Counted from the first letter of the whole stretch, positions 23,908 to 37,235 are shown. The stretch: 61,896 nt of DNA, filler included, from Bonamia ostreae (GCA_040357525.1; 20 parts of 20 records of this genome joined end to end with filler, not necessarily neighbours in it), one strand, 5' to 3'. Program-made: numbers and translations. Notes: generated by a model not told the origin, from the sequence alone.

Positions 23908-25013
23908 TTTTTAATTTATCTATTACGTGTAAAAATAAAAATGATAAAATTATTTCTTTCAAAAAACATTTTTTAAAACGGTTTAAATTATCAGCATTTT
24001 TGTATTTTTATGAAATTTCAAATTTCCAATTTTTTTTTAAATTTTTCCCTATTTTTTATCAAAAAGAAGCACTTTTCTTAAGATTTTTTAAAATTAAATA
24101 TTTATTTTGATCTAGTCCGTTTAAAATTTAATGAAAGTTGCAGAATTTAATGGTTGAAAATATCCACTCAGAAAATATTTATTTTATTTATATAAAATAT
24201 TTCGTCAGAAAATTTTTAAATTAAACCGTTTTAACGATTCTCGACTATGGATGTATTGTTGGCACAAGTTCAATCTATTCGAGAAATATTATCAACTAAT
24301 CGCGAAATATCTACGAGTGCTCTCTTCTATTTAAAGGGGCTGAAGTAATTACTATTTTTAAACCAATGATGGAAAAGATATAATTTATCTGTAATGTGAC
24401 TTATTTTGGGAATATTTGAAACTGCACGAAATCTTTTACTGGAGAGTATCTTGGCTTTATTTATTGTTTCTTACTTATTTTATTGGTAAAGTGTTTTCAC
24501 CCTTTTCTTATTTTTTTCCGATTGATCAATTTTTTTAAATATACTTGTTTCGATTTATTAAAAAACAAATTCTTTCAAAGAAACATAAAAAAGTGCAAAT
24601 TTGATTTACAAAAATTATTATTTTGTAAATAAATTAAACGAAATAAATTTTTTGCGTGAAAGAGATTTACTAAATAAAAATTTGGAAATCTCGAAACATT
24701 TGAAGAGAGATTATTTTGAAAGATTAAGCAATTTGGCGCTGTCGAAACAAGTGAGAGAGTTTTTAAATTTAAAAATATTCCAAATTGCACAAAGAAAAGA
24801 TTCGCCAATTTACAAAAAAGTACGAACAAATNNNNNNNNNNNNNNNNNNNNNNNNNNNNNNNNNNNNNNNNNNNNTTAATTAATTAANNNNNNNNNNNNN
24901 NNNNNNNNNNNNNNNNNNNNNNNNNNNNNNNACAACAAACTTTTCTTTGAAAAGACAAAATTTTGCGTTGTAACAACAAACTTTGCTTTGTAATAACAAA
25001 ATTTTGCTTTATA

Positions 25014-26156
25014 TCAACAAAATTTGGTTTGTAATAACAAAATTTGCTTTGAAAAGACAAAATTTGCTTTATCAAAAACAAACTTTGCTTTATAGCAACA
25101 AAATTTGCGTTGTAAAAATCGAAGATTTGTCGTTTTTGAAATAAAAAAGTTAATCGTCTCACCTTTTGTTTCTATGTTATTAGTAGCAGCAATCAAAGTC
25201 CTATTTTTGTTATCGCCAACAGCGACTGAAGAAATATTGTTATTATTGGCAACACCGTTGTTACCAACGACTGAAGAAATATTGTTATTACCGGGAACAT
25301 TGCTACTTGCATTAGTTACGACCGTAGGAGTGACAACTACTTGCTCATTCAAATTGTCGCCAACGGCAACAACGACTTCGAGGTAAAACACGCACTCGAA
25401 GACATTGAAGCGCCTGGACACGAACACTTTGCACAGTTTTCCTGAAACTCGTCGGTTACCCGACGAGTACATTTTGAGCTCTCTCACGACGACGCAACGA
25501 CTGCGCTGCGAAAGAGCTGCGACGAGCCGACGCTCTTTTTCGAGCACGGCGATCCGCTTGCGTTCCGCCGCCTCGCGGATGGCAGAGCGCTCTCTGCAGA
25601 ACTTGAGAATGTTGTCGGCGCTGAGCGAGCGGATGGCGCACGATTTCTCGTGTTTCCTCTTCTTTTTGGCGATGCCGCGCCATTCGCAGCCGATCGAGAA
25701 GAATTTGCAGCGCGCGTTTCGAAAAGGGCAAAGTTCGCGTTCGTGGCGACGGAGGTCTTCGTTGTACAGTTTCTCGGCGCAGAGAGTGTTTGGGCAATGG
25801 ACGACCATTTTGGAGATGATCGATTCGGCCAATCTGCTGCGACACGGATTTTCGCGTGACAGTTTTATGCGGCAAACAGGACATGTCGAAGGGTCCTTTT
25901 CTAAAATTCTTTTCGTTGTTAAAATTTTTGATGGAATGACAGAAATGGCTAAAATCAGAGTACCTGGAATGACAGAAACTGCAGAGAAGATGACTATTTT
26001 TACACTGAAAAATCTCTTTTGATTTGGGGAAATCTCGGCAAACGTTGCAATCTAAAATGGCGAATTGAAACATAATTCGTCTTTTTTCAGCGATTCTTGA
26101 AGCGACAGAGGCGATTTCTTTTCTTTAAATATTTTCACGCGTTTGTTTCGAGTCAT
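25014..26156 (-). CDS. RING + TRAF-type zinc-finger protein (CYHR1/ZFTRAF1-like)
   Basis: YCNVCRDFP..IFQCKNSHLLCSFC..CPVCR..RLAESIISKMVVHCPN..HERELCPFRNARCKFFSIGCEWRG. 3' end uncertain. Confidence 0.75.
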
Positions 26157-26439
26157 TTCTGATTTTTACTTTTCTTATTTGTTATAGCTTTTTACTATAA
26201 CAAGTAGATTTAGCTTTTGCAAAAATTCCAAAAAACTTTTCATATGGCAAATGTCTAGTTTTTGAAAAATCGAAATTAGCCCGAACCCAATTTTTAGAAA
26301 TATCAACTTTCTGAAAATTTTTTCTGCGGTAATCGTAGATAAATAATGTAAATTTGTTGACTATTGCAGATACAAAAAAAATTAAAATTGCAAAAATCAG
26401 TACAAAAACAAAAATTTTTCGAAAACAACAAATTTCCTT

Positions 26440-26724
26440 TCATAGCGTTATGATCTTCTTTGTTGTGCCTTTTTACTTCTTCGTTTTCTCCTTTTATTAT
26501 TCTTTGCTTTTTGAGTATCGTATTTCCAATATTTGTGCGTTTGGACCAAATTTTTTTGTGCTTCTTTTTGGAAGAGCCTTTCTGCTTCTTTCTCGTTTCA
26601 GAACTGATCAGAACGTCATTTGAACCTATATTTTAAAAAATATAGACTGACGGCCAACAAAATGGACAGAAACAAATCTTGCGGCGAAAAGGATTTTTAA
26701 ATATTTCACAAAGAAACTGACCAT
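26440..26724 (-). CDS. Small Lys-rich hypothetical protein (two exons)
   Basis: ATG at 26724, a short GT-AG intron, and an open Lys-rich frame to TGA at 26440. Confidence 0.35.
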
Positions 26725-26841
26725 TACGATTTTTGACCAAAATTTAATGGTCACAACAGATTAAACAGATTAATAGTCAATAATTTTCGTTAATTATGAA
26801 TGTTAATAAGCAAAAAATAAAAAAGTACATATTTTGTAAAT

Positions 26842-27301
26842 TTACTTTGTGCAATTTAAATCTGCTCCGCAAGATATACCAACAACCATCAACACAAAAA
26901 ACTTATTTAAAAAATATTACAAACGATTATTTGAATGATCACATTAAAATTTTAAAAATTTTATGAAAAACCAAAGCGATAATGACAAGGATTAAAACAG
27001 TGACAATTTTGTTGCGGAGAACTCTCTGTTTAACAACCTTTGCTTTTTGAGCAAATTCGTCTGTGAATTGGTTCAATTTGTTGGCCTTCTTTTCTATCTC
27101 TTCTAGTTTTTCCGTGTTGTCAATGGCATTTTCTTGTTATAACAATTTGAAAAAATAGAATATTGGCAAATTAAAGAAACGTAAAAATATTGAAAATTGT
27201 AAAGTTTCAAAACCTATATTTTTGACCATAATCTCTTTTGTATCATCAATTTTGCCGTTGATATTTTTAATTTTATCCTCTGTTATTGCTATTTCGGCCA
27301 T
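26842..27301 (-). CDS. Synaptobrevin/VAMP R-SNARE (short, no longin domain seen)
   Basis: DKIKNINGKIDDTKEIMVKNI|ENAIDNTEKLEEIEKKA..EFAQKAKVVK.. followed by a C-terminal transmembrane segment. Confidence 0.8.
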
Positions 27302-27640
27302 TATTACGGTAAATTTTTTTAATCTTAAAAATTTGGTTTTTAACTGTGATAGCTATTTACAAAAGAGTTTTTGGAATCACATTAATTTAAGTTTGAAAAT
27401 TAGTTCCTTGAATATTTCTTCTTTCTTTTTATCATGGGCAAGTTTCATCTGCTCATTTCTTAAAATGGGTAAGATTGTTTGTAAGATTGTATCCAAACAT
27501 TTCTTTTAGTTCATTTCCACATTTAATTTCTGACTCGTTTGTAAAAATTTTTCAAAGCAAATAAAATGCGAAATAATTTGTTATTATAATAAAATCGGAT
27601 ATACTAAAAGCTAAAATTATAAAGCAAAAGCTAATTTGTT

Positions 27641-27934
27641 ATGTCCCGAAAAGTCAAATCAGACATAAATCCAGCAATAATCGAGAACGATATTTATTTG
27701 CAAATCCACAAAGAAATCGAGTCCATTAAAGATGACATTCGTTTGGGCAAATTCAGGTCTGCTTCGAACAATTTGGATAAAATTATCGCCAAACATGGCG
27801 AATATCATTATTTGACAGTTTTTAATTTAATTGGATTCAAATAATAAAATTTATAATGTGTTTAGTCGTTGAAAGCTGTTTGTCTGTCAAAAATGCTCAT
27901 TGAAAAAGATGCGATAATAATCGCCGACAGCATT
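27641..27934 (+). CDS. NatB auxiliary subunit NAA25/MDM20-like TPR N-terminus (truncated)
   Basis: IESIKDDIRLGKFRSASNNLDKIIAKH...SLKAVCL resembles the NAA25 N-terminus. Confidence 0.55.
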
Positions 27935-28034
27935 NNNNNNNNNNNNNNNNNNNNNNNNNNNNNNNNNNNNNNNNNNNNTTAATTAATTAANNNNNNNNNN
28001 NNNNNNNNNNNNNNNNNNNNNNNNNNNNNNNNNN

Positions 28035-31000
28035 CGGTGCAACACCCTCTTTGTTAAATAATTCATGTCTGGCATCTTTATATTTATAACAAGGACTATA
28101 AAAATAATAGACAGCACCTACTGTACCACAAATACATAAAAGACGACTTCCAATGATATTGTACCAGAATAAATCTTGTTACAATTTTACCTGCGCATGA
28201 GTTGTATTCATGCATTGTAATTCCAACTAAGTAGTGAAATATATAATACTTGTAATATGCGATATATGAATTCAGATAAAGTTTTCAATTGTCTTATCTT
28301 CAGGAGGCAAGAAGTTTTATTCACATGTAAGAATATTAGAACATACTTGTAAGTGCTTTTTATGATTTTGAATCTTAGTCAACGTTGGTGCTCTAAAATC
28401 TTCAGAATCCTTGTAATGTGATTTGACAAACAGGATAGAATTATTAGAAATAGTTTTGATATATATTTATATAGTTACAGCTGGCTAGCTGCATTGCTTT
28501 TCCCGTTGATTTTGCTTTATAAAGCTTTAGAATTGAAGAAAAGCAATTATACTTTTATTCTTAGATTATTAATTTGCAAGCTAATATTTGACAGCTTAGT
28601 TTTCAGGACAGATACTCTTAATTTAAGAAGTCGAAGGGCTGCAATAAGTCTTTTACAACTTCACAAATTAGTGGGCAAAATATTTCAAAATTAACGGAAT
28701 CAAAAGACGACAAAGCAGAAGCAAATAAAGGGGACGGAAAAACGATAGGATGCCTGGGGGGAAACGCGATGTAATTTGGTTGATAAATCTAGAAGAAATA
28801 AAATAGAATCTCTGGGGCTTTGCATTTCTCCATTATTTATGAATACTTTGAAACAAGACAAGTTTATACCATCCACAGTGAAAAGTCTCATCTCAATACC
28901 CAGACAGATAGGGACGTACTATCGTTAAATTTAGACTTAAAGGGATAGTTCTGGTTATTAGGAATGTCATAACTCTAGATATAATAATACCAGCACCACA
29001 AAACACTTCCATATTAGTCAAATAACGTACATATATACAAAATCAATCAAAAGAAAAATTTAAAGTATTTCTTGAAACTATACTCACATGTTTCAATTCA
29101 AGTTTTCAGGAATATCTACAGAACACGCTATCCTATCTATATTAATTATCATCATCCTCTCCTGACCTATGAATTTCTACAGAGTACAAGAATAAAATAT
29201 TAATAGGGAGCTAAACATACAGACTATATGAATCCGTGGCTGTCTCCTCCGGTTTTTTCTTCAATTCATAGCACTGTGCATCTATAAATGTGAAGAAAAT
29301 GTAGTATCACTTTTGGTTGAAACACTTTCCCCAAGGAAACTAGTCACATATAGATAAAATTTTCGAACATTTATTTACATGAAGTTGAATTCCATGATCG
29401 AAATCCGACTGGACAAGGAGGATTGAAATTCTGGCAAGGTCTCTGTTCAAATTGTTGAAGTCTTTGTCCAACGATATCAAAACCTATACATTTGCCTGCA
29501 GATAAAATAACGATAGAAAATTCAAAGTTTTAGTTAATTAGTATTATGATATCCTGTTTAATATAATTGCTATCCATGTCTTTATCCAATGTATGTGTTT
29601 AAATCCACATTTCAGTGTACCGTGTTGAACATTTACAATTTGGTAATTACGTATTTTCTTTTTCTTTTTGTATTTATCAATAGAACACAAAACTTGTTTA
29701 ACTTTGGTTAAGCTGCAAAAAGGAATTTTCAGGATTTGTTTCAAAGAGATAGAAATATTTCTTCAGTGAATAATTTCTTCTTACCCTGGGATACAATTAC
29801 TGGTGCACATATCTCTACTAATCCACTTAGGTCCATTAGAGGAACACAGTGGTATACAAAGTTTGATCGTTCTGTACAATTCTGTATTTCAGCTATTGTT
29901 TCACACTTTTTCTGTTTCGTTGCATCTTGAAGATCCACTGAATTAATCGGACAAGATGGAACATGTGTCAGGGTTGGCAAAGAAACCCGACAAGAATCCT
30001 CCTTAGAAGTGGTTAATGCCTTGAAATATATTTCAATTTTTTAAACTGTTTTAACTGTTGTTTCAACAAAACGAAACGTTATATTGCGAAACAAATATAC
30101 ATCATTGTAATCAAATCTTTGAATTACCTTTAACATAAACAAGCTAGCCAAAACTCCATTCCAGCAAGTTGAACTGACAGGAGTCATTCTCGGCTTTTTG
30201 CGCCGTACTAGTACATTCTGCAAAACGCGTCTATTCTTATAATATATATATATCTATATCTCTATAGATGTATGTTCACATGCATCTGTCGTATCTTAAC
30301 ATATGTATTAGTATTCTCACTCCTTCAAGGTGGTATGTATTTGCATCAGCGTAACTATCATAGGTTTTGCGAATGATGACTTTGAATAAGACTGTTGAAA
30401 CGTTCTACTTCAAATTTGAAATTGATTTATTTTTATTCCTTAAGAGATTAATCACAGTTCGTTATCTTCGTCTATCAGCAAACTCTTGCGTATTAAGACT
30501 TGGGTATTATTTGCAGGTGATATTGGTACTATATTGCATAAATATTACGATGGAGAATCTGAATCGAAGTGATCCTGTTTGCCATCAAGTTAAGGTGTTA
30601 AGCTTGCTGTTGGCTAAAACATCCAAATACGAAACAAATGCGGAATACTCTTTGATATAAATTTCACCGCGATTTATAGAATCGATATATGAATGAAGTT
30701 TAAATTCCCTAATCTCTAAAGCCTACAGTGGTGTTGTTTGGAATACCGCCATTCTTCTAATATCAACTTGAGAGTACTTTCGTGTCGAATCATAGTCTTC
30801 CATTTTTGGACACCTGATCACAAGAAATTTTCATTTTTATTGAAGAAGTAGTTGTCTATATTGTGAATAGCATAATTTTTAATTAATCGTGAGGATTGAC
30901 TGTCTAACGTATTATGATGTCTTGATTTTTGATATCATTGAGTTGAGAGGGTGTGATTTACTGTTTGTATAAATGATAGGCGAAGATAACAAACAGTGAT

Positions 31001-31036
31001 GAATATTATTTCATGTATCTTACATACATGCATGTA
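28035..31036 (-). other. Probable host (bivalve) contig with exons of a Cys-rich protein
   Basis: Gene-poor with long introns. Exons read SCP..KKC..QNCTERSNFVYHCV..VEICAP..|GKCIGFD..PC..PPCP, a pattern I associate with oyster Cys-rich proteins. Confidence 0.75.
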
Positions 31037-31382
31037 NNNNNNNNNNNNNNNNNNNNNNNNNNNNNNNNNNNNNNNNNNNNTTAATTAATTAANNNNNNNN
31101 NNNNNNNNNNNNNNNNNNNNNNNNNNNNNNNNNNNNAAATTTAAACAAATAATAAAGAAATAAGTTCTTGTGAAACCAATTTTGCAATCTCTATTGTAAA
31201 ATTTATTGGCTAACTCTACAGAAGTTTGAAAACTTCTTTTAAATATAACATTAGAAAAGAAGTTTTCCAATAAAAAAGAAAACTACTTTTTGAAATCTAT
31301 TTCGTTTTATTAAAATGATTTGTGCTAGACATTTCAATTTGTAAAGAAAACTACTGTTTGAAAACAACATTGTAAACATTTG

Positions 31383-34136
31383 TCACAATTTATTTCTCTG
31401 CAACTTCCTGGGGTCTATTGCAAGACATTTTGAAAAATTGTGTGTTTTGTAGACTCCCACAAGCCTTTCTGCCGCTTCAAACATGCTGTGTCTGAGACTG
31501 ACAATCACAAACTGCGCGTCTCTGCGCTGAGACTGGATGTGGCGGGCCACAATGGAAACGTTCTTGAAGTCGAGTGCAGCATCTATTTCGTCCATCACGT
31601 ACAGCGGAGTCGGTTTGAAATGGTGCAAGGCGAACACCAATGACAACGAGGACAACGTTTTTTCTCCGCCGGACAAATTTGAGATATTTTTCCAACTTTT
31701 TTTCGGAGGGCGGACTGAAAACTCGATTCCCTCGGAAAAGGGGTCGAATCGGTCCACGCATTCCAATTCGGCGTCTCCGCCCAATGTGAGCTGTTGATAG
31801 ACCTCCTTCAGTTTTTTCGTGATGACCGAGAAGCCAGCCATAAACTCCGAGTGTCTGTTTTGACATTAAAAACCTGGCCTTTCTGAACTCGTCGTAGTCA
31901 TGTCTCGCTGAATCGGCCCGGCGAGTGGCGTCCCCGAGAGACTCGATGCGACTTTTGTACTCGGTAAGTTTCGCCCGGTATTCCTCGATGACCGCCATGT
32001 TCGGCTCCATCTCTTCCATTTCGTTTTTGAGGCGTTCGGCGTCTGCTTCCAGCTCGTTTTTGTTTCCTGGGGGAGCATCGAGATCATTCGGAGGTGCGGT
32101 GAACCTTCTGAAGCCTTCCGAGTCATCCTCCGCGAGGATTTCTTCTGTTCTCCTGATTTTGTTAAGCAACTCGTCTTTTTTCTTCTCCCGCGCAGCAATC
32201 TATCGTTTGAGATTGAAAAATGTTAATATTGTCGATTTGGTCTTTTTAATTTCCCGGTAACGGTTGTGCTTCTACTGGAGACTGAACCAGCGTACATATC
32301 TTAGACTCGGCATCTGTGCAGATACCGCGTCCGATAAAACCTCGCCTGAGTCTTGACTGCCCACTTCGGTTTTCACCTTTTGTGAGACAGAAACNNNNNN
32401 NNNNNNNNNNNNNNNNNNNNNNNNNNNNNNNNNNNNNNNNNNNNNNNNNNNNNNNNNNNNNNNNNNNNNNNNNNNNNNNNNNNNNNNNNNNNNNTCATTA
32501 AAGTCAAAGTTTTTTAAGGGCAACTTAAGTAAATTGGGAGTTCGGATAAACCTATCTCAGTTTGGAGGCGACAGCATCGATATTCGAACCCTTGCACACA
32601 TGAATGCGTAACATCGTTCGAAACACTGAGCCATCGCGCCCATTATTGTTGATTTTTATAATTTAAATTTTTGAAAATCAGTTTGCATCAACCTTGGCGC
32701 GATTGCTTTCCAGGTTGACGTTAAAGTCTTTGAGCTGGTCCTCGATATCCACCAATGACAAACGCAGTCTTTTTCCTTCTTCTTCCAAGTCGGCCAAGGC
32801 CTCTTTGCGCGCGTTAATCTTGGCTTGTTCCTCGCCCCGTTTCTTCTTCTCTTCGAACTGCGCTTTCAGCAGTTTCTTCGCTTCCGCTTCGATTTCCGTG
32901 GATCGTTTTTCCAACTTTCCCAATGCTTCCCGGGCTTCCGACAGTCTCTTCTCCAAGTCCGCCAGCTTGGCTTTGCCTCTGCGCACATTCTTTTCACCCA
33001 AAGAGACCGCGGCGTTCATCTCTGCCAGTTTCCTGCAAATTGATTTGAAAGAACGAGTTGGCGGCGTCTCTCCGATTGTCCAACTTTGCTAGCGCCTCCT
33101 TTGCCCTCTTCACGTCCTTCCCGCCGGACTCAAACAACCTGCTCTCCAGTTCTGCGCACTCCTCCGTGAGGTTTTTCGCGTCAAACTCGGCTTTCGACAA
33201 GTCGCCTTCCGCCCGAGCCAGCTCTTCGGCGCTTGCCTTTTTCTTGCGCGCGAACTCCTCCTCTGATTCCGAAGCCAACCGCCGGCGCTTATCCAGCTTC
33301 AATTCAAGGCTCCGCGCAATTTCGCGTCCGTCCGCGAGGTCAATCTGGAGTTTCTTCGCCTTGAGTTTGGTGCGCTCGAAATCAGTCTTCAGCAAGTCCG
33401 CGCGGTCCGCGAGGCTTTTCTCGGCGGAAGAGAGCTTCCTCAGTCTAAAGTTGGGAAGGCGAACCGCTCGGAGGTGGCGTCGAACTCCGCTTCCAGAACA
33501 GCAAGTTTCTCGCCGCCGGCGTCGTGGCCCGACGGCTTCTGGCCGCTGTGCTCGATTCCGCCGCGTCTTTTCGTGCGTCCTCCGCCGCTCATGGTCCCGC
33601 TGGCGTCCAAGAGCTCGCCTATCGCGGTGACCACTCTCCACCTGCGCCCGCCCGAACTCGCGATGCGCACCGCCTGCTCGATCTCCTCCGCGAAGAGAGT
33701 GTCCCTCAGCGCGCAGTAGAAGGCGGTGCGATAGCGTGGCTGCGTCTTGACAAGGTCGAACAACCGTGGAACGTGCTCCGGAGTGAGGACACGCCGCCCG
33801 CAGACTTCGGCGAAGTGGCTCTGTTTGTCGAGCAATAAAAAGTTTGCGCGTCCCAGCCTCCGATCTCTGTAAGTTAGTGGTTGAACTTTAGGTGCCGCAC
33901 GCAGGCCGCGCCCGTGTCCGCGCTGTCCACCAGCACGCTCCAGAGCAGAGGCGCCGCTGTAGATACCGCGACATCGTACTTTCGGTCGATCGAGGCCAGG
34001 CTGCCCAGCCGCCCTTCGATCCCGGGCAGTTGCCCGCTCCGCTTCAGACGCAGAACTTCGCCCAGAACGCCCGCCGAAGCGCGCGACCTGTCTCGGGTGC
34101 GCCTCGCCTCAGCGAGCTGCTGTCCGAGCCGGCGGT
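31383..34136 (-). CDS. SMC4: Condensin subunit SMC4 (hinge to C-terminus)
   Basis: LGRANF, VPRLFDLVK, WRVVT..GELLDASGTMSGGG, SVRPPKKSWKNISNLSGGEKTLSSL, PTPLYVMDEIDAALDFKNVSIV. Introns of 19-22 nt plus one long intron at 32200-32692. Confidence 0.96.
32260..32640 (-). mobile_element. Putative tRNA-derived SINE or pseudo-tRNA inside an SMC4 intron
   Basis: The head (32567-32640, minus) reads GGCGCGATGGCTCAGTG (A box)...GGTTCGAAT (B box)...GTCGCC with a degenerate cloverleaf. A higher-GC body follows, and an assembly gap lies inside it. Confidence 0.5.
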
Positions 34137-34313
34137 NNNNNNNNNNNNNNNNNNNNNNNNNNNNNNNNNNNNNNNNNNNNTTAATTAATTAANNNNNNNN
34201 NNNNNNNNNNNNNNNNNNNNNNNNNNNNNNNNNNNNAAAAAATGATAAAATTTTTAATAAAAAAATCGAAAAAATGACAAAATTGATTTTAACAAAAATT
34301 TTCTTTGACAAAG

Positions 34314-35427
34314 ATTCTCGGATTAGCGCTCTACAACAATGTCATGATCGATCTCTCCTTTCCACGCGCTTTCTACAAACATCTCCTCAACCTCAAAGAC
34401 TTTTCTTTCGACGACTTTAAGCAAATTTTCCCTGTTTTTGCATGCACCGATTTTCCCAATTAAAAAACATTTCTATAAAAATTTTAAATTGACATTTTTA
34501 AATCTCATTTTCATATAATAAAAGGAAGTTGCTCGCAGTCTAAAATCGCTATTGGAATTCGAAGGAAACGTGGAAGAAACGTTTTGCAGGCAATTTGAAG
34601 TGTCTTACGAGTGGTTTGGAAAAGAGGAGACGGCAGAACTGATACCAGAGGGATCGAAGAAAGTGGTAACAAACGAAAACAGAGAAGAATTTGTGGATTT
34701 GTATGTGCAATGGCATTTGCAAAAAGTCGTTGCGAAAAAAATGAAATTTATTAAAAAAGGATTTGATCGCATTTGCAGATCAAAAGAACAATGGGTTCTT
34801 GATGTTTTTAATTCCTTAATTATCGAAAAATTTGTCGAAGAAATTAATAAAAAAATCAATAAAATGAAAAATCAAAAAAATCGAAAATTAAAATTAACAA
34901 AATGAAAATATTAAAAAATCGAAAAAAAAATTTAATAAAAAACGAAATCAAAATTAAATGTCAAAGGTGTTGACAGCAGATGAACTAAATCAAATTTTGT
35001 GTGGGACATCTCAACTCAATTTTATCGAATGGAAGTCGAAGACGACTTTGACTGGCTACAAGTGGACAGACAATGTCATTCGAAACTTTTGGCAGATCAT
35101 TCAAAACTTTGACAACTCGAAGAAAATTCGACTGTTATCTTTTGTCACCGGATCGGTGCGTGCTCCGATCGGAGGACTTTCTGTTTTGCCGTTGCGGATT
35201 ATTAAAGGCGCCTCTACTGAAATGTTTCTAATTAGAAAATTTTGCTGTTTTCGATTATCAGAAAATTTTGAATTTAATGAAAATTGGCTCAAAAAACTAT
35301 TTTAAGGTTGCCGACAAGTCGAACATGCTTTAATCAATTGGTTTTGCCGCCGTACGAAACCAAAAAGAAATTAGAACAAAAATTATCGTTGGCCCTTGAG
35401 AATTCAGAGGGGTTCGGATTGCAATGA
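34314..35427 (+). CDS. HECT E3 ubiquitin ligase, C-terminal domain
   Basis: [62 protein letters not shown]-stop. Confidence 0.93.
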
Positions 35428-35815
35428 ATTGTCTATTCCATTTTTTCGTGTCTTTAGAAAATCAAAAATTGCTTCAAAAATCGCTTCAAAAATTTTTGAA
35501 TTATAATTTTTGTGACAAAACTTTTTGTTCTTTAAATTAAAGTGACAAAACTTTTGTTTCGTAATCGACTTCGCGTTTTTTCTCTGGTGATTTTAATTTT
35601 TCATGATTAAAAATTTTTCATAATTTTAGATTTTTATAACTTTAATCATAAAATTGAATAATATTCATAATTAGTTTCAATTATATGAATAATATAATTG
35701 AATAATTGAATAAAATTGAATAATAAAATTGAATAATATTTAATTAAAAAAAAACTAATCGTCAAAAATATATTACAATAAAAATTAAACAAAACAAAAA
35801 TTAAACCAACAAAAA

Positions 35816-37235
35816 ATGGATAACGAGTTTATTAAAGCATCTAATAAAAATTCGGAAGATTTGAGTTTTTAAAAACATTTAAAGAAGCGAAAATTCTGGC
35901 CCTACAAGAAGTAGGCGACATCCCAGCAATTTTCCTACATCTCAATGATTTCTTTTTTAATAATGGATCATTGGCCGCCCTTGGAGATTTGAAATTTGCT
36001 TCTGAAATTAAGGAAACGCCGGATGAACAACCAAAATATCAACAACCTGTTGTAATACCAGAATCGGTTTTTGATGTCAAGGATATGATGGATACTCTAA
36101 TCCGCGAATTAAATGATCTGATTCCAAAATATAAACATCTTTTCGAACTGAGTTTTTTCCCAATATTAATTAGGAAAAGAATTTTGTAGAAATGCAAAAG
36201 AAGCCGCAGGCACAACAAATATTGGAGATACGACAAACAAGTTAATGCAGTCATTCAAAGAGTTGACGGAAAAGTTGAACAGACCACCAAATTTTACAAT
36301 CCCTTTGCTTTCCGAGACAAGCATCGAAGCATCATTTATAAACCATTTTTTCGTGATGCTCAATGAACAAACTGTCACCTATGTACCGAAAATTTTATTC
36401 CTCGCAGATAAGGTGACTGCAAAATATCAAAAAATGACTTTTGATTTGACCGTTGATATGTTTGCTCACTTATGTTCTATTTTTTACTAAATAGTCAAAG
36501 CAGACAAACCCGGAGATCCTGTTTCTAAGGACGGAATAGCCTTTTTACGAAGTGTCCAAGCTGTCCACTTGCGTTCTATCCATGATGGAGAAATTTTCGA
36601 AATGATAGGATCGAAAATGCATGGAACAGCGATTTCTTCCCAGATTAATGAAGAGACACAAGAGATGTTAGAAGAAGCATTACAAGAAGAGAAAACCGAA
36701 TTCTCTGATTTATCAAAACATCCGTATCCACAGCATCCATACAGGGAAAAGTTTGCGAATCTGGGAAAAATAAAGGATATTGTCGAAACTGTCAAAGTAT
36801 ATTCTTTAAGAACTCGGTCAAATCTTGAATCACTGAAGAAGTGCCTGCTAGAAATTCATACTAGCGTTGCACCTTCCGACTGTAGTCTATTATCTAATGA
36901 GTTATCATCTATATGCCCTAATGCATTACAAAGTTTTATCAAAAACATTGAAAGAGAGTTTCGTCGCTCTTTTTAAAAAATTTGCGAAAGCCATTGAAAA
37001 AGGCTGTCTTGTGATAGATGTCAAGTTCGGGACAAAAGATTCTTTAGTCGAAGAGTTAAAAATATATTGCGGTTTTTTTCAGCTATGTTAAAGAAGAATT
37101 GTTGGTACCTGCAGACAAAGTTGTCTTATATTGATTATTAATAAATCATGAACAACATTTTTTAACTTTTCAGAACAAAATTTTTTGTCTGATGTAAAAT
37201 TTGGTTTTGATAATAAATCGAGTTTAGAATATCGT
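35816..37235 (+). CDS. Hypothetical multi-exon protein
   Basis: Successive plus-strand ORFs separated by short GT-AG segments; no motif recognised. Confidence 0.5.

Noticed and set aside
33058-33838. Long antisense ORFs over SMC4 (also 25405-26022)
   Set aside because: They are expected shadows of GC-rich coding sequence and show no independent motifs.
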